This document shows positions 14,018 to 27,379 of a stretch of 64,000 nt of DNA, piece after piece. Each line of letters begins with the position of its first letter. The first letter of the stretch is position 1. Source of the DNA: Octopus vulgaris (lineage: Eukaryota); the NCBI GenBank assembly GCA_951406725.2, contig OX597831.1:28954001-29018000 (forward strand), read 5' to 3'. Under the pieces are notes generated by a model. That model did no database searches and was not told the origin of the DNA. It saw nothing but the letters and a program-made list of their open reading frames with translations. A program made the translations under genes and the position numbers.

Positions 14018-14416
14018 TAGAGGTATGGCTGTGTGGCAAGAAGTTTTCTTCCAGACCACAAGGTTCCGGGTTCAATCCCAGTGCATGGCACCTTGGGCAA
14101 ATGTATTTTACTATAGGTCTTGGCTGACCAAAAATGGATTTGGTAGAAGAAAAATGAAACTGAAATAATAATGACGATGATGATGATGATATGTGTGTGT
14201 GTGTGTGTGTGTGTGTATGTTTAACATTAGGTCAGCTCTGAGTGGACACTTTAATCATACACACACACATGCATGCATGCATACAAGCAGTCATGTAGCT
14301 CCTCTTTAGCAACCTGTTCTGCTTCAGCCCTTTTCTCTTGAACTCTACTCCTCCCTACACCTTATTCCTCAAGTATAAAGCTCTTCCTCACTTGAATTTA
14401 GTGGTCTCACAAGCTA

Positions 14417-14971
14417 TTGGGTTGTCCAGGAAGTTCGTGCCGATTTTTAAAGGAAAGAAAAAGGTCAATAAATAATTGCCATTACATTTTTAATCAACCA
14501 AATATGAACCATTTTGTTGCACAATGTGTCTCCATCTTTCCTTTAACTTGAAAATACCCTCTTCCCAGAATTGAGGTGGTTTCATGGCAAAGAATTCATC
14601 AAGGTATCTTTTAACGTCATCCAAGGAATTGAAATTTTTATCATTAAGACTATTCTGCAGAGACCTGAATAAGTGGAAATCCGAAGGAGCAATATCTGGT
14701 GAATATGGAGGGTAGGGTAACACATCCCAGCCGAGCTGCAGCAATTTTTATCTGGTTCCCAAAGCATCAAGTGCCGAAAATGAACTTTCTTATCTTCCAT
14801 TTTAAAGGATTACAGAATTAACACAGGTTATAGGAACATAAACCTTCTTCCACGAAAAGATAGCTTAAAATGGAGGTGTAGTCAAATCCTATTTTATGGA
14901 CTCAACCATGTTCTAAAATAAGTCGAACGGTAAGCTACTATAAATCGGCACGAACTTTCTGGACAACCCAA
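14417..14971 (-). mobile_element. Internally deleted mariner transposon
   Basis: TA on both sides; ~30-bp TIRs (ttgggttgtccaggaagttcgtgccgattt / aaatcggcacgaactttctggacaacccaa); transposase N-terminus MEDKKVHFRHLML at 14800 joined to C-terminus with YSPDIAPSDFHLF (14490-14760). Confidence 0.95.
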
Positions 14972-17031
14972 TACATGGTAATCTCACTAGAGGTAGTAGC
15001 ATGAAGAAAAAAATAGCACCTGGTACACACTGTAAAGTGGATTGCATTAGGAAGGGCATCCAGGTGTAGAAACCATGGTAAAAAGACACTGGAGCATGAT
15101 GCAACCTTTGAGCCTACTGGATTTTGTCAAACCATCCAACCAATGCTAGCATCAGACAGAGCTGTATGATGATGATGATGATGATATTTATGTTGCTGTC
15201 AAGCTGTGGGTGAGCCATGAGCGGGTTGACCTATGAGCAAAGCTGTTCCAGCAATAACCATTCTGTATATTGACACAAAGCCAATAGTTTTTGAAGAGGG
15301 AATAAGTTGATTGCATCAACCCCCACCAGTGCTTAACTGGTACTTATTTTAGCAACCCCAACAAGATGAAAAGCAAAGTCAAACTTTGGGGGAATTTGGA
15401 TTCAGAATTTGAAGACAGGCGAAATGCTACTGGGCACTTTGTCCAGAGTGCTAACTTTTCTGGCAGCTCACTGCCTTAACCATCCTGTATATTAGGTGTT
15501 ATCTTATTCAGTGCACCTTTCACTATTTAAGACATTAAAGGTGTTATTTTGGCTGCTAATTCTATTGTCATGTGTCATGAAACTCTCTCATTGGCTCATA
15601 TCAACTTAATATTAGCAGATTAGTGTCAATACTGGTAAAATGTCAACAAATATCGAGATAAATGATGTAAATGGTATTACTGGTATTGACTGGGATTCTC
15701 TCTCTCTCTCCCATCTACACGAGGATTAGAGCTTAAAATCGTTATAATTTAAAATCTGTTTTTCATGCTGGTATGAGTTGGATGGTTTGACAAGATCCAG
15801 CAAGCTGCAGGGTTACATGAAGCTCCAATGACAGCGTTGGCATTGTTTTCTACAGGCCAGATGTCCTTCCCAATGCCAGCCACCTTACAATGTATACCAG
15901 ATTCTTTTTTCATGCCACCAACACTAGAGACGTTGCCAAGTAAGTTGTAAGGGCATTTTTCTCTTTCCTTAAGAGAAAAAAATCCCCTTGAATAAATGTG
16001 GGAGGGTGTATTAGAGAGGGCAATGTGGTTTATGTTGGGTGCTGAGAGGTTAAAGTATGATAGAGGGACAAGAATAAGTGTCTTGTTATAGTGAGAGGCA
16101 CATGGGTAGCCCACATTATAAGGGAGAGTAGTAGTAATTGGGGAGAGAAAACTGAAGATGGTAGTGATGGTATGTCAGAGCAAACTATCAAGATAGGAGG
16201 GCATAAGAGAGGATATGATAAAATATACTAGTAATAATAAAATCAAAATGAGGGTGAAAAATTGGATATTAATTTGATAACATCAATTTTAACACCAGTG
16301 GTCTAGCATATAAAAAAAAAACTGAGATTCAGTAAATAGTATTTCATACATAAATATAAGAGGGAATTTTTTAACCACTTTGTGGAAACCCTTATGCTAG
16401 ATATAGATCCACTATGGTCTCAACCACTAAGAATTGTTCTCCAGAAAATTTAGCACACCAGAAACGTAAGCGAGCAAGACAAATGAAAAATAACAAAAAT
16501 ATAGATTAATCACAAACAATTGTTTCACTATCAATAGTAATAATAATATAGTTTAATAGAGGCATAAAGAGGGAGAGAAGGGCAGTATAGTTGCTCAGAT
16601 CAACCCCAGTATCTACTTCAGTGGTTCTCAAACAGGGGCCAGATATGATTTCGTCGTTAAAATTTATGTGTAGTAAAATTGGATGTACTTCTACAATGCA
16701 CAAAATATTTCAACAAACTTCCTAATAATATTTCGTTTTGGGATTTGCTTTGCAAGATTCTTCATGTGAGTTTGTGTGTTGAAGCATATTCTGTTGTGTC
16801 TGGGGAGAGTCATTTTCTTTTAGTGCCTTATAATTTAACACACACACTGGTAAAATTTCCACTTTTTTCTTTTTTTTCTTTTTACCGGTGAGTGTGTTAA
16901 ATTACAAGGCACAAAAAGAAAATGACTCTTCCTAATAATATTTAATTATAAAAATATAATAGGATTTTATTTAAATATTGAACAGCTATTAGTGTCCAGT
17001 AACGTAAAACAGGAGTCAAAGGAATCCATAT

Positions 17032-17438
17032 AGGCGCAGGAGTGGCTGTGTGGTAAGTAGCTTGCTTACCAACCACATGGTTCCGGGTTCAGTCCAACTG
17101 CGTGGCACCTTGGGCAAGTGTCTTCTACTATAGCCTCGGACCAACCAATGCCTTGTGAGTGGATATGGTAGATGGAAACTGAAAGAAGCCTGTCGTGTAT
17201 GTATGTATATATATATATATATGTGTGTGTGTATGTGTTTGTGTGTCTGTGTTTGTCCCCCCAACATTGCTTGACAACCGATGCTGGTGTGTTTATGTCC
17301 CCGTCACTTAGCGGTTCGGCAAAAGAGACCGATAGAATAAGTACTATGCTTACAAAGAATAAGTCCTGGGGTCTGCTTGCTTGACTAAAGGTGGTACCCC
17401 AGCATGGCCACAGTCAAATGACTGAAACAAGTAAAAGA
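17032..17438 (+). mobile_element. tRNA-derived SINE (family A, internal TA/TG microsatellite)
   Basis: Head ggagtggctgtgtggtaagtagcttgcttaccaaccacatggttccgggttcagtcc. Other copies near 12924-13345(+), 20958-21357(+), 58001-58374(+), 38575-38990(-), 31186-31594(-), plus many fragments. Confidence 0.88.
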
Positions 17439-18016
17439 GAGAGAGCCAAAAAAATGTACTGTACTAACTGGTCATCATTTTATTGATTTTCCTAAATAAA
17501 ACTACAAAGTCGATCTAGCTGGGATTTGAACACAAACTGTAAAGAGACATAATTAAAACTATTTGATGTCTTAGTTGGATTGATGTCCTCATCCTTGATT
17601 GTTGCTTTCGTTGAGTTCAATCCTATGCAAGGCACTAAGGGGAATCACAAGGCACCTAAAGAAGGCTGGAGTGTACACAGCTGAAATGCTGTGGAAGCAA
17701 CAAGCATGATGAGAACATCGCTCAGACCAACAGATGCTGTAAAATTCTTCATCTTGGAAATATAGAATTGTATTATCCAATTGATATGGAGCCAACATAA
17801 GACACCAGCAGAGATTTATAAGCCTTAAAAATTCACTCTGACACTGTCAATGGGCTTAGCGTAGTGGATAAAGGCACTGAAATACAATGCAGTCACCTAG
17901 GGGTCCTAAGTTCTAACTCAGGCAAGTCACTAAGATGACAGAAGAAGGCTGGATTATACGCAGCCAAAATGTAGTGGGAAAGCAACAATCAAGATGTAGA
18001 AACCATTCCTACTAAT

Positions 18017-18353
18017 TTATTTATTTATGCACCCTTTTCAAGCTTAGCCAGGCTCATGGGCCCGGTTTTCCAGTTTCTATAGCATATGTGTTCCCCCAGC
18101 TGGACGGGACGCCAGTCCATCAAAACGTTACTCAAGAAACAGGAAGAAAGAGTGAGAGAAAGTTAAGGCGAAAGAGTGAGAGAAAATTAAGGCGAAAGAG
18201 TACAACAGGGGTCGCCACCACACCCTGCCAGAGCCTCGTGGAGCTTTAGGTGTTTTTGCTCAGTAAACACACACAACGCCTGGTCTGAGAATCGAAACCG
18301 CGATTGGAGGATCGCGAGACCGCTGCCCTAACCACTGGGCCATTGCGCCTCCA
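18017..18353 (-). mobile_element. tRNA-derived SINE (family E) with TSD
   Basis: Same head as the 45285 copy; TSD cattcc/gtactaat at 18004-18016 and 18354-18366. Confidence 0.85.
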
Positions 18354-20755
18354 CATTCGTACTAATACATAATATAAAATTCCTCATCTCAGAAATATAG
18401 AATTGAAATGAAACTATTTTACAGGACTGGGTTTTTGACAGTTTAGTACAAGTGTTAGATTGAACACTAGTAGGCTGTGGTACCTATATGTAGCTGAATA
18501 GACTGAGCTGTTGACAGTTGTATTATGGACACTTAGCGGAGGTGGTGGTATAGGACGCATTAAGGTGGCGAGCTGGCAGGATCGTTAGCACGCCAAGCGA
18601 AATGCTTAGCAGTATTTCGTCTTCTGCTACGTTCTGAGTTCAAATTCCGCTGAGGTCGACTTTGCCTTCCATCCTTCCGGGGTCAATTAAATAAGTACCG
18701 ATTACGCACTGGGGTCGATATAATCGACTAAATACCTATGTCTGTCCTTGTTTGTCCCCTCTATGTTTAGCCTCTTGTGGGTAATAAAGAAATATGTATA
18801 GGATGCATTCAACTGACCACTTTGAACACTCACTGAGACACCCTCTTCTGCATCATCGTCTTAACGTCCAAGTTTCCATGCTTGCATGGGTTGGATGGAG
18901 TTGTACTGAGGCAGATTTTCTACAGCAGGCTGCCTTCTTGCTACCAAAACCTTTTTCCAAGCAATGTGCCGGTGACACGTAAAAGCACCATCCGTTCGTG
19001 GCCGTTTGCCAGCTCTGTCTGGCACCTGTGCGGGTGGCACGTAAAAAGCACCCACTACACTCACGGAATGGTTGGCGTTAGGAAGGGCATCCAGCCGTAG
19101 AAACACTGCCAGATCTGACTGGGCCTGATGAAGCCTTCCAGCTTCACAGACCCCAGTTGAACCGTCCAACCCATGCTAGCATGGAAAACGGACGCTAAAT
19201 GATGATGATGATGATGATGATGATGTAGTATTTCCTCATGGCCAGGCATGTTTGCGCAGAATTTTGGAAATCAATCACAATCATTTGCAACAATCATGCG
19301 ACATTCAAGACACACACATACACACACACACACACGCTCGATGGGCTTCTTTCAAATCTATTCATAAAGCTTTGGACAGCCAGAGGCAGCAGTAAAAGAT
19401 ACTTGTCCAAGATGCCACACAGCGGGACTGAACCTAGAACCACACACACACAAATACAAACACAAAGGTTATTGGCGTTTATAAATTAATTCGAAGCTGA
19501 CGCTTCCGATAGTTGTTATTAAGCATCAAGTGTCCGTCTTTCACAGTCAACGCTAAAGATACTCAAGGGGAAATAACTCACAAGCCAACGATTATTGAAA
19601 AGATTGCAAGACACAACAGAAATTTTAGGAAAAGTAAATGAGTGGAAATCGAACCGGTGTGTGTGTTAGATAATAAGGCACTAATAGAGAATGACTCCCC
19701 AGGACACAGTAAAATATTATCTAATAATCAGTCGCTTTAACGGAAAGGAAAATTGTGAGAGGAATTTGTTTAGGGTATGTAATAATATACACATATGTAC
19801 GAGGAAGCTATGGTATCAACTGTATTACTAGGTATAGACTATGTAAAGGAGAATTAACTCTTTTATTTTTAATGAATTTTTACACACTTTTTTTCTATAA
19901 TCGTATTAATTCCACTATGCAGAAGACATTATCGAAAAAAATTCTGTAAAAAATTCGTAAAAATAAGAAAGTTATGAGGAGTGCTAGCACGTGCTTACAT
20001 CATAATTCCGCCAAAGTTTTAAAAGCAAAAAGATATAAAGACGAAGTTTTTTCTCATACAGGTCATTACATAGATAAGGGGTATGTGTGTGCATACTTTT
20101 GCAAATGTGTGTATATATATGTATATACATGTATGTTTACGTTTGTACATTGTGTAATCGTGTGCGTTTATGGTGTGTGTGTATATATATATATATATAT
20201 GAAACACTCCTGTCACAACCTGGGACCTTGAAGACTGCTCAAATGCAAGAAAGTATACTAGTCCCTTAATATTTGATATTCAATATTTCATCTATTCAAT
20301 AAGACAATCAATACTTCATTTCATTTTACTATATATACTATTTATACTATATATTCTATATTCTACATTAATATTATAAAGGATATAAATAAAACATAAA
20401 AAACAGTTGGAATTCCTTTGCATAATATATATCCCTCTATATACAATCATACAAACCCCTTTATATATGTGTGTGTGTGTGTGTGTGTATTACACATACA
20501 TACACACACATGTAATGGTAAAGATCCCACTTCGGTCACGAATGGCCAAGGAATTGTGGTCATATAATCTTTTATCTTTTGCTTGTTTCAGCCATTGAAT
20601 TACAACCATCCAGGGAGGGGCACCGCTTTGAAGGGGTTTTAATCAAACGAATCACCCCCACCCGACCACGAGTACTTGTTCCAAGTGACGGAGATGTAAA
20701 CAAACCAGCACTGGTTGTCAGGTGATGCCGGTGGGGGAACAAACACGATACAAGC

Positions 20756-20791
<36 letters not shown>

Positions 20792-21357
20792 AATGATGGA
20801 CTTCTTTTCAGTTTCTGGATACCAAAATTCACACACAAGTCTTTGGTCGGTCTGAGGCTATAGTAGAAGGCGATTACTCAAGGTGCCTTGCAGAGGGATT
20901 GAACCTAAAACCACATGGCAGCAAAGAAAGCTCCTTAACCACATACATACATGAACAGAGGAGTGGCTGTGAGGTAAGTAGCTTGCTTACCAACCACATG
21001 GTTCCGGGTTCAGTTCCACTGCGTGGCACCTTGGGCAAGTGTCTTCTACTATAGTCTCGGGCCGACCAAAGAATTGTGTGTGGATTTGGTAGGCGGAAAC
21101 CGAAAGAAGCCCGTCGTATATATGTGTGTGTATATGTTTGCGTGTCTGTGTTTGTCCCCCCAACATCGCTTAACAACCGATGGTGGTGTGTTTACGTCCC
21201 CGAAACTTAGCAGTTCGGCAAAAGAGACCGATAGAATAAGTACTAGGCTTACAAACAATAAGTCCTGGGGTGTCGATTTGCTCGACTAAAGGCGGTGGGT
21301 GCTCCAGCATGGCCACAGTCAAATGACTGAAACAAGTAAAAGAGTAAAGAGTAAAAG

Positions 21358-21398
<41 letters not shown>

Positions 21399-21461
21399 CT
21401 GTTGCTTGTGTATATTTTGCTGAAAAGCACGTGTGTTAAAGGGAGAGAGAGAGGTAGAGGA

Positions 21462-21505
<44 letters not shown>

Positions 21506-21523
21506 GTAGAAGAAGCTGCCTAC

Positions 21524-22308
21524 TTGATAACATCCTTTTGGTGTTCCAACTGTTGATGCAGGTCTGTCTGTTCGTACAGGTAGTCCACCATAGCGTTCTT
21601 CACTTGTTCCTTGTCCCGCACAGGGGCCGCCGCGGCCCTTCCACAAACCCCCTCGTCTCCCCGCTCCCGCCTTCCGTCCCACAGCGGGGAGGTCACCACC
21701 CCGTCACCCATCCCCGCACTTCCCCCCTCCGCTCGTTCCGCTTCGTCGACCCCACAACAATCGGCATCGTAAATGTTATTGTTATTGTGGTGGTGGTGGT
21801 GGCTCTGTTCATGGTTGTAGTTGGTGGTGGTGGTGGTGGTGGTGGTGGTGGTTGCGGTATAGTTGGCAGTGTCAGTGGTGGTATTGATACCACTGATGGT
21901 ATTGGCGGTGGTGCTAATGGTGGTGGCGGTGGTTGTGTGGTGGCGATCGTTATAGTATGGGTTGTAATTGTTGTTTGTGCCGTCTGAGACTACAGTGGTG
22001 GTAGCAGTAGTGGCAGTAGTAGTGTTACAGTCATCATCATCATCATCATCATTGTCATCATCATCATCATCATCAACGAGACCCACCCCGCTATCACCAA
22101 CACTGCAACTGTCTACATCTTGAATCTTCACTTGCTCCTGTTGTTCCTTCTGCAGTTGTTCCTGTTTTTGTTGTTGTAAACAATCAGTAATAAATACGGC
22201 AGTATTGGTAGTAGTAGTAGCAGTAGTAGAAGTAGTATCACCAACAGTAGTAGTAGTAGTGGTGTTGGTGGCGGTATTGTGTGCAAGAGACAGAGGCGGT
22301 GGTGTCAT
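21524..22308 (-). CDS. Probable alternative first coding exon (261 codons, Thr/Asp/Gln/His-rich) of a motor-less myosin V isoform
   Basis: ATG at 22308 with an in-frame stop upstream. Frame stays open across several trinucleotide-only repeats. The GC/CpG-rich 3' part ends LYEQTDLHQQLEHQKDVIK at phase-2 donor AA|gtaggc, paralleling exon H. Confidence 0.65.
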
Positions 22309-22561
22309 TGTTACACAAAACAAAACGTCATTGACACATCTATATATATATATTATTCTAGCTATCCATTACTCAAATTTGTATATTTTCGTGTAATCTA
22401 CTTCCCTCTTGTCCATCAAATCAATCACTCTGTGCACCACCAATTGGTTCGTCTTATTGATCTCTTCCCTTGACCATCATTGCTTTATATCCATCGATGT
22501 CTTCGGCTATCTCTCACTCTCCAGATGTTCACCGATTTACCCGTGTATCTCGACCTCTCAA

Positions 22562-22620
<59 letters not shown>

Positions 22621-22914
22621 CAAGATTTACATCTATTTAACTATTTACCTACCGATCCGTCTATCTGTCTACCTTACACGGCTCCCTTAGAGTCCGTCTG
22701 ACCACTTATAGTTCAACCGTCTTCGGGTTATTTCTAGCTTACTGTCGTGTTTTTGTGTTTACTTCCAGATCATGCCTCTCCACACAATTTCTTTCACTCT
22801 TGTCTTCCTCTCTGTGTATGCGTAAACATTCAAACACACACACACACACACGTGTATGTGCGCATGTGTGTCTGTATGTGTGTGTATATAACCGCCAGCA
22901 GAGGGAGGAGAGAT

Positions 22915-22958
<44 letters not shown>

Positions 22959-23300
22959 ACAACAGAGGAAGCCTTACAAATTTCAAAGGTTCTGTACGTG
23001 TGTGTGTGTGTGTATGTCAGTATGCGGTCAGGTGAAACAAAGACAACGCAGACAGTCCGATATGAAATGTAAACCACGCTAATGGGAAGCGATGTATCTA
23101 CAGGTGGCAGTAGCGGCGGCGTTGTAGAAATAGCAGCAGTAGTAGTAGTAGCAGCGGTGTAGAAGTAATAGTGGTAGCGGTGGTGGTGGTGGAGGTGGTA
23201 GCGGTGGTGGTGGTGGAGGTGGTAGCGGTGGTGTCAGCCTATAAACAGATTCTTCTTTACTAAAACGTATGCGAGTGATTGTGCACCTATGTGTGTGAGG
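22309..23300 (-). promoter_or_regulatory. Candidate internal promoter / 5' UTR for the 21524-22308 exon
   Basis: Visibly higher CpG density than the rest of the intron, no SINE insertions, directly upstream of the ATG exon. No TSS can be pinpointed. Confidence 0.35.
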
Positions 23301-24065
23301 GGAGTCCGGCTACATTCCCTGCACTCACCCTCAACAATCACCACCACCACCACCAACAACAACAACAGGCATATTTCTCATTCTATGACACTAAGTGCTC
23401 TCTCCCCTTCACAAACACACACACAAACAGAAAAATACTCAACACACACACACACATAATCACGTACCCATACACACACACACACACACAAATATCTACA
23501 AATAAATGGTTCTTTTGCGTGCTATAAACCCTGGGGCATTCCAGCTATTTGATCCCTTGAACTCCCTATTCATAAAATAATAGTGTAAAATAAGCTGAGT
23601 ACACCACAGGCATCTGTACCCATAATTAGTAATTCTTGGGTAGAATCACAGTGGCAGAGTGTAACAATGCAGGGGCCAGTCCATGCAAAGAGTTTAACTA
23701 AGGTAAAACCCTTAAGCTCTGCAGGGTAAGATTGAACTTGGGCCCTTTTCATAATGATCAATACTATCATACGTTCCACATTTCCTCCCAGCAAGAGCTG
23801 GATGGGTCATCATGTTCCATGTCAGTTCTTATTCAGGGTTACAAACCCCAAAGATAAACTCAGGGGCCCACACCTTCCTTCTACATCCCATTTTTGGCAT
23901 GCTTTCTAGGGGATGGGTGGCACAACTTATCATCAAGGACTTCACTGTGGTCATATATTTAGGGGCCTGGGGAGGATTTAGTTAATAAGACTGACCCCTA
24001 CCTTAACCACCACTAAAATGAATACAGTAAGGGACTTAATCCCACATTTTGTTAATTCTGCAACT

Positions 24066-24104
<39 letters not shown>

Positions 24105-25668
24105 ATAATAATAATAATAATAATCCTTTATACTAAAGGCACAAAGCCTGAAATTTTAGGGGATGGGACTAGTTGATCACATTGACCCCAGTGTATATCT
24201 GGTACTTAATTTATCGACTTTGAAGGGATGAAAGGCAAAGTCGACCTTGGTAGAATTTGAACTCAGAATGTAAGGACGAAATGCTACAAAGCATTTTGCC
24301 TGTTGTGCTAATGATTCTACCAGCTTACCAACCCTTTCTGTTATAAGTACAGGGTCTGAAATTTAGCGGGAGGGGACTAGTTGCTTACATCGATCCTGGT
24401 GTTTCACTGGTACTTAATTTATCGACCCCGAAAGGATGAAAGGCAAAGTCGACCTCAGCGGAATTTGAACTCAGAATGTAGTGACGGACAAAATACTGCT
24501 AAGCAACTTGCCCAGCATGTTAACGATTCTGTCATCTTCATATTATTATCTTTATCAATAAGTAATAATAATAATGGTTTCTAATTTAGGTACAGGGTTA
24601 GCAGTTTTGAGGGGAGATAGAGAAGTCGATAGCACTGACCCCAGTATTTGACTGGTACTTTGTTTTATCAGTCCTAAAGTAATGAAAAACAAATTTGACT
24701 CCAGCAGGAGTAAAGAGCTTGAACAAATGCTGTGGTGCAATTTGTCCAAAGATTAGATAATTAAATAATTATAATCATTAGTAACAGAAGCTGTATTTAT
24801 ATCAAAAAAGTAACATTGATCCCCACTTAAAAGTGATGATTAGGCACAGAGCTTCTAAATACATCACTGCTATTTTCAGCAGTCAAGTATCTACCATTGA
24901 CAAGGCCACAGGAGGTTGAAATAACATGATTTGGTAAGCTTGGTGGTGATGGAGGATCCTTTTTCTCCCGCTTGCAACGTAAGCAAGAGTGTTTATATGC
25001 ACCATAAAGCCCATAGGAGAAGTTCTCTCATGGGAACTATCACAGTATTCCATGTTCTAACAGAACATCCACTTTAAGTGGGGATGAATAATTTTTTTGG
25101 TATTAATACTGCCTCTGATATTACTAATCACTTACTAATAAGTCCACTGGTTGTTCATAACACCAGTGTCTGGTTAGATACTGAGATTCTACATATATAT
25201 CACTAACAGGAATATCACTGCTATTTCCAGTGGTCAGGCATCTACCATTGACAAAGTCAGGGAAGGCCAACGTGAACTAGAAGTCTCAGCAGAGGCGATG
25301 GTGGGTGATTTTTCTCCCACTAGCGATGTAAGCAAGAGTACTACTATGCACCAAAAAAACAAAAACAAAAAAAAAACCTACAGTATAAGAGGTTCTCTCA
25401 TGGTAACTATCGCAGTATTTTGTGTTCTAATGCAACATTTACTTTTAAATTGGGGATACTTAGGTAATTATTTCACATTAGGTAATGTAGTCTGAGATGT
25501 ACAAGTGGAAGAAACTGACCTCAGTTTACCTTGGCGGTCAACTGGTGAGTGGAGAAGAACAAAAACCGACCCACACTCATCAGGTTTCCACTATCTAATA
25601 AGTGGACACATCTTTATTTCCAGGACTAATGCTGGGTCACTCAAAAAAAGGTTGCTTTAGTACTTTAA

Positions 25669-25889
25669 CCCTTTAGTGTTTGCATTATTCTGCCAAAATT
25701 AATCCTTTTTAATCCACATCGTTTTGAACTAATCATGCATTATCTTGGAGCTATGAGATTTTGATGAGGTAGCTGTTAATTTTTAAAACGATATTGTAGG
25801 GTTGGTGTGAGAGACCAGATCTGGCCAGTTTGAACATAAAACAGGCAGAATACTTTTGGCCGGATATGGCCGGTTTAAATGCTAAAGGG
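25669..25889. mobile_element. piggyBac-like MITE
   Basis: TTAA on both sides; TIRs ccctttagtgttt / aaatgctaaaggg. Confidence 0.8.
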
Positions 25890-26709
25890 TTAAACCCTAA
25901 AACGTATCTCTCACACCTAATTTTTATGAGTTATCTTGAAATCAGGCCTTAAATAAACATGGAAGACTAGGGTGGTGGTGGGGTTATAATAGCGGTGGTG
26001 GTGGTAGTGGTGATGGTGGATGTGTGGCTGGAATTATACGATCACAACAGTATATGACTGGTACCATTTTGGCTCCACCTACCATGTCCATATATGGCAG
26101 TGAAACCTATGCAGTTACTGACTGCACATCCTGAGGGCAAGTGTGAGTGCGATAGAGAAAAATTGGAATATAACAGGGGGGAGGAGGATGAGAGTGCCAA
26201 AAAGAGAGTTGGTGGGTCGGTGGGAAGGGGGTGGGGTGGGGGTGAGTGGGAGGATTCCAGTCACCCCCCCCATCCTACTCCTTCACATCAATATTTACAT
26301 CAGATTTACTTTCTTATGTAAAAAAAAAAAAAATGCAGCAATGGAATGAAAGAAGAGAGAGAGTGGTGGGGCGAGGGTGGAAATAAGTTATTCTTGAAAA
26401 AAATAATTAAATGTAAAAAAAAAAAAAAAATAACCCAGAGCTAAACAAACTGAATTTTGTCTTCACCTCACCTGACCTATTTTTCTAAACTGCAGCGAGA
26501 TCTTACTGCTGCACAGGTGAACGGTGTGCTGTTTTCTGTTCACACACACATATTTGTAACGTCTATTAAGGAAAGAACTACAGAGAAACTATACTTCCGA
26601 GAAGACACATCCCGACACAAACGTGTACACAGCTTGACATACATACATATATACACACACACACGACATGATGTACACACAAATACACACACAGCCTGAT
26701 ACACACAAC

Positions 26710-26743
<34 letters not shown>

Positions 26744-26804
26744 TATGTGTATATATATATATATATACACATACACACACAGAGCCTGAAACATGAATAC
26801 ACAA

Positions 26805-26862
<58 letters not shown>

Positions 26863-26926
26863 GAACAAACACACGAACAAACACACATGCACACACACAG
26901 AGTTTGATACACATAAATACACACAA

Positions 26927-26972
<46 letters not shown>

Positions 26973-27343
26973 TGGCCTGCTCGCTTAGCCAGCGGGGTGG
27001 CGTCATTTGAAGGCTAAAACAATGCGAAGCGCATTGTGACCAACGATGTGTAACAACATCTGATAGTCTGGTTGGTCACGGTGATCACAGTGATATATAT
27101 ATACACACACAGCCTGATACACACAAATACACACAACCATATATATATATATACATACACACACACAAACACAAGAACAAACACACTCACACCCTGATAC
27201 ATACACACATACACTCACAGCCTGATGCACACACATACACACACACACAATAATGTATGTACAGCACAATGAGAAACACAAAGAGATATACAAGACGTAT
27301 ATTATTTAATCAATGTCCTATGAACAAGGACATTAGATGAATA

Positions 27344-27379
<36 letters not shown>

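Noticed and set aside
21433-21987. 184-aa plus-strand ORF and 170-aa overlapping minus-strand ORF
   Set aside because: Shadow frames of the GC-rich minus-strand exon; they run into GA/TA microsatellites.
26496-26516. Plus-strand 21-nt micro-exon (ctgcag|...cag|gtgaac)
   Set aside because: No other plus-strand exons found to support a gene on that strand.
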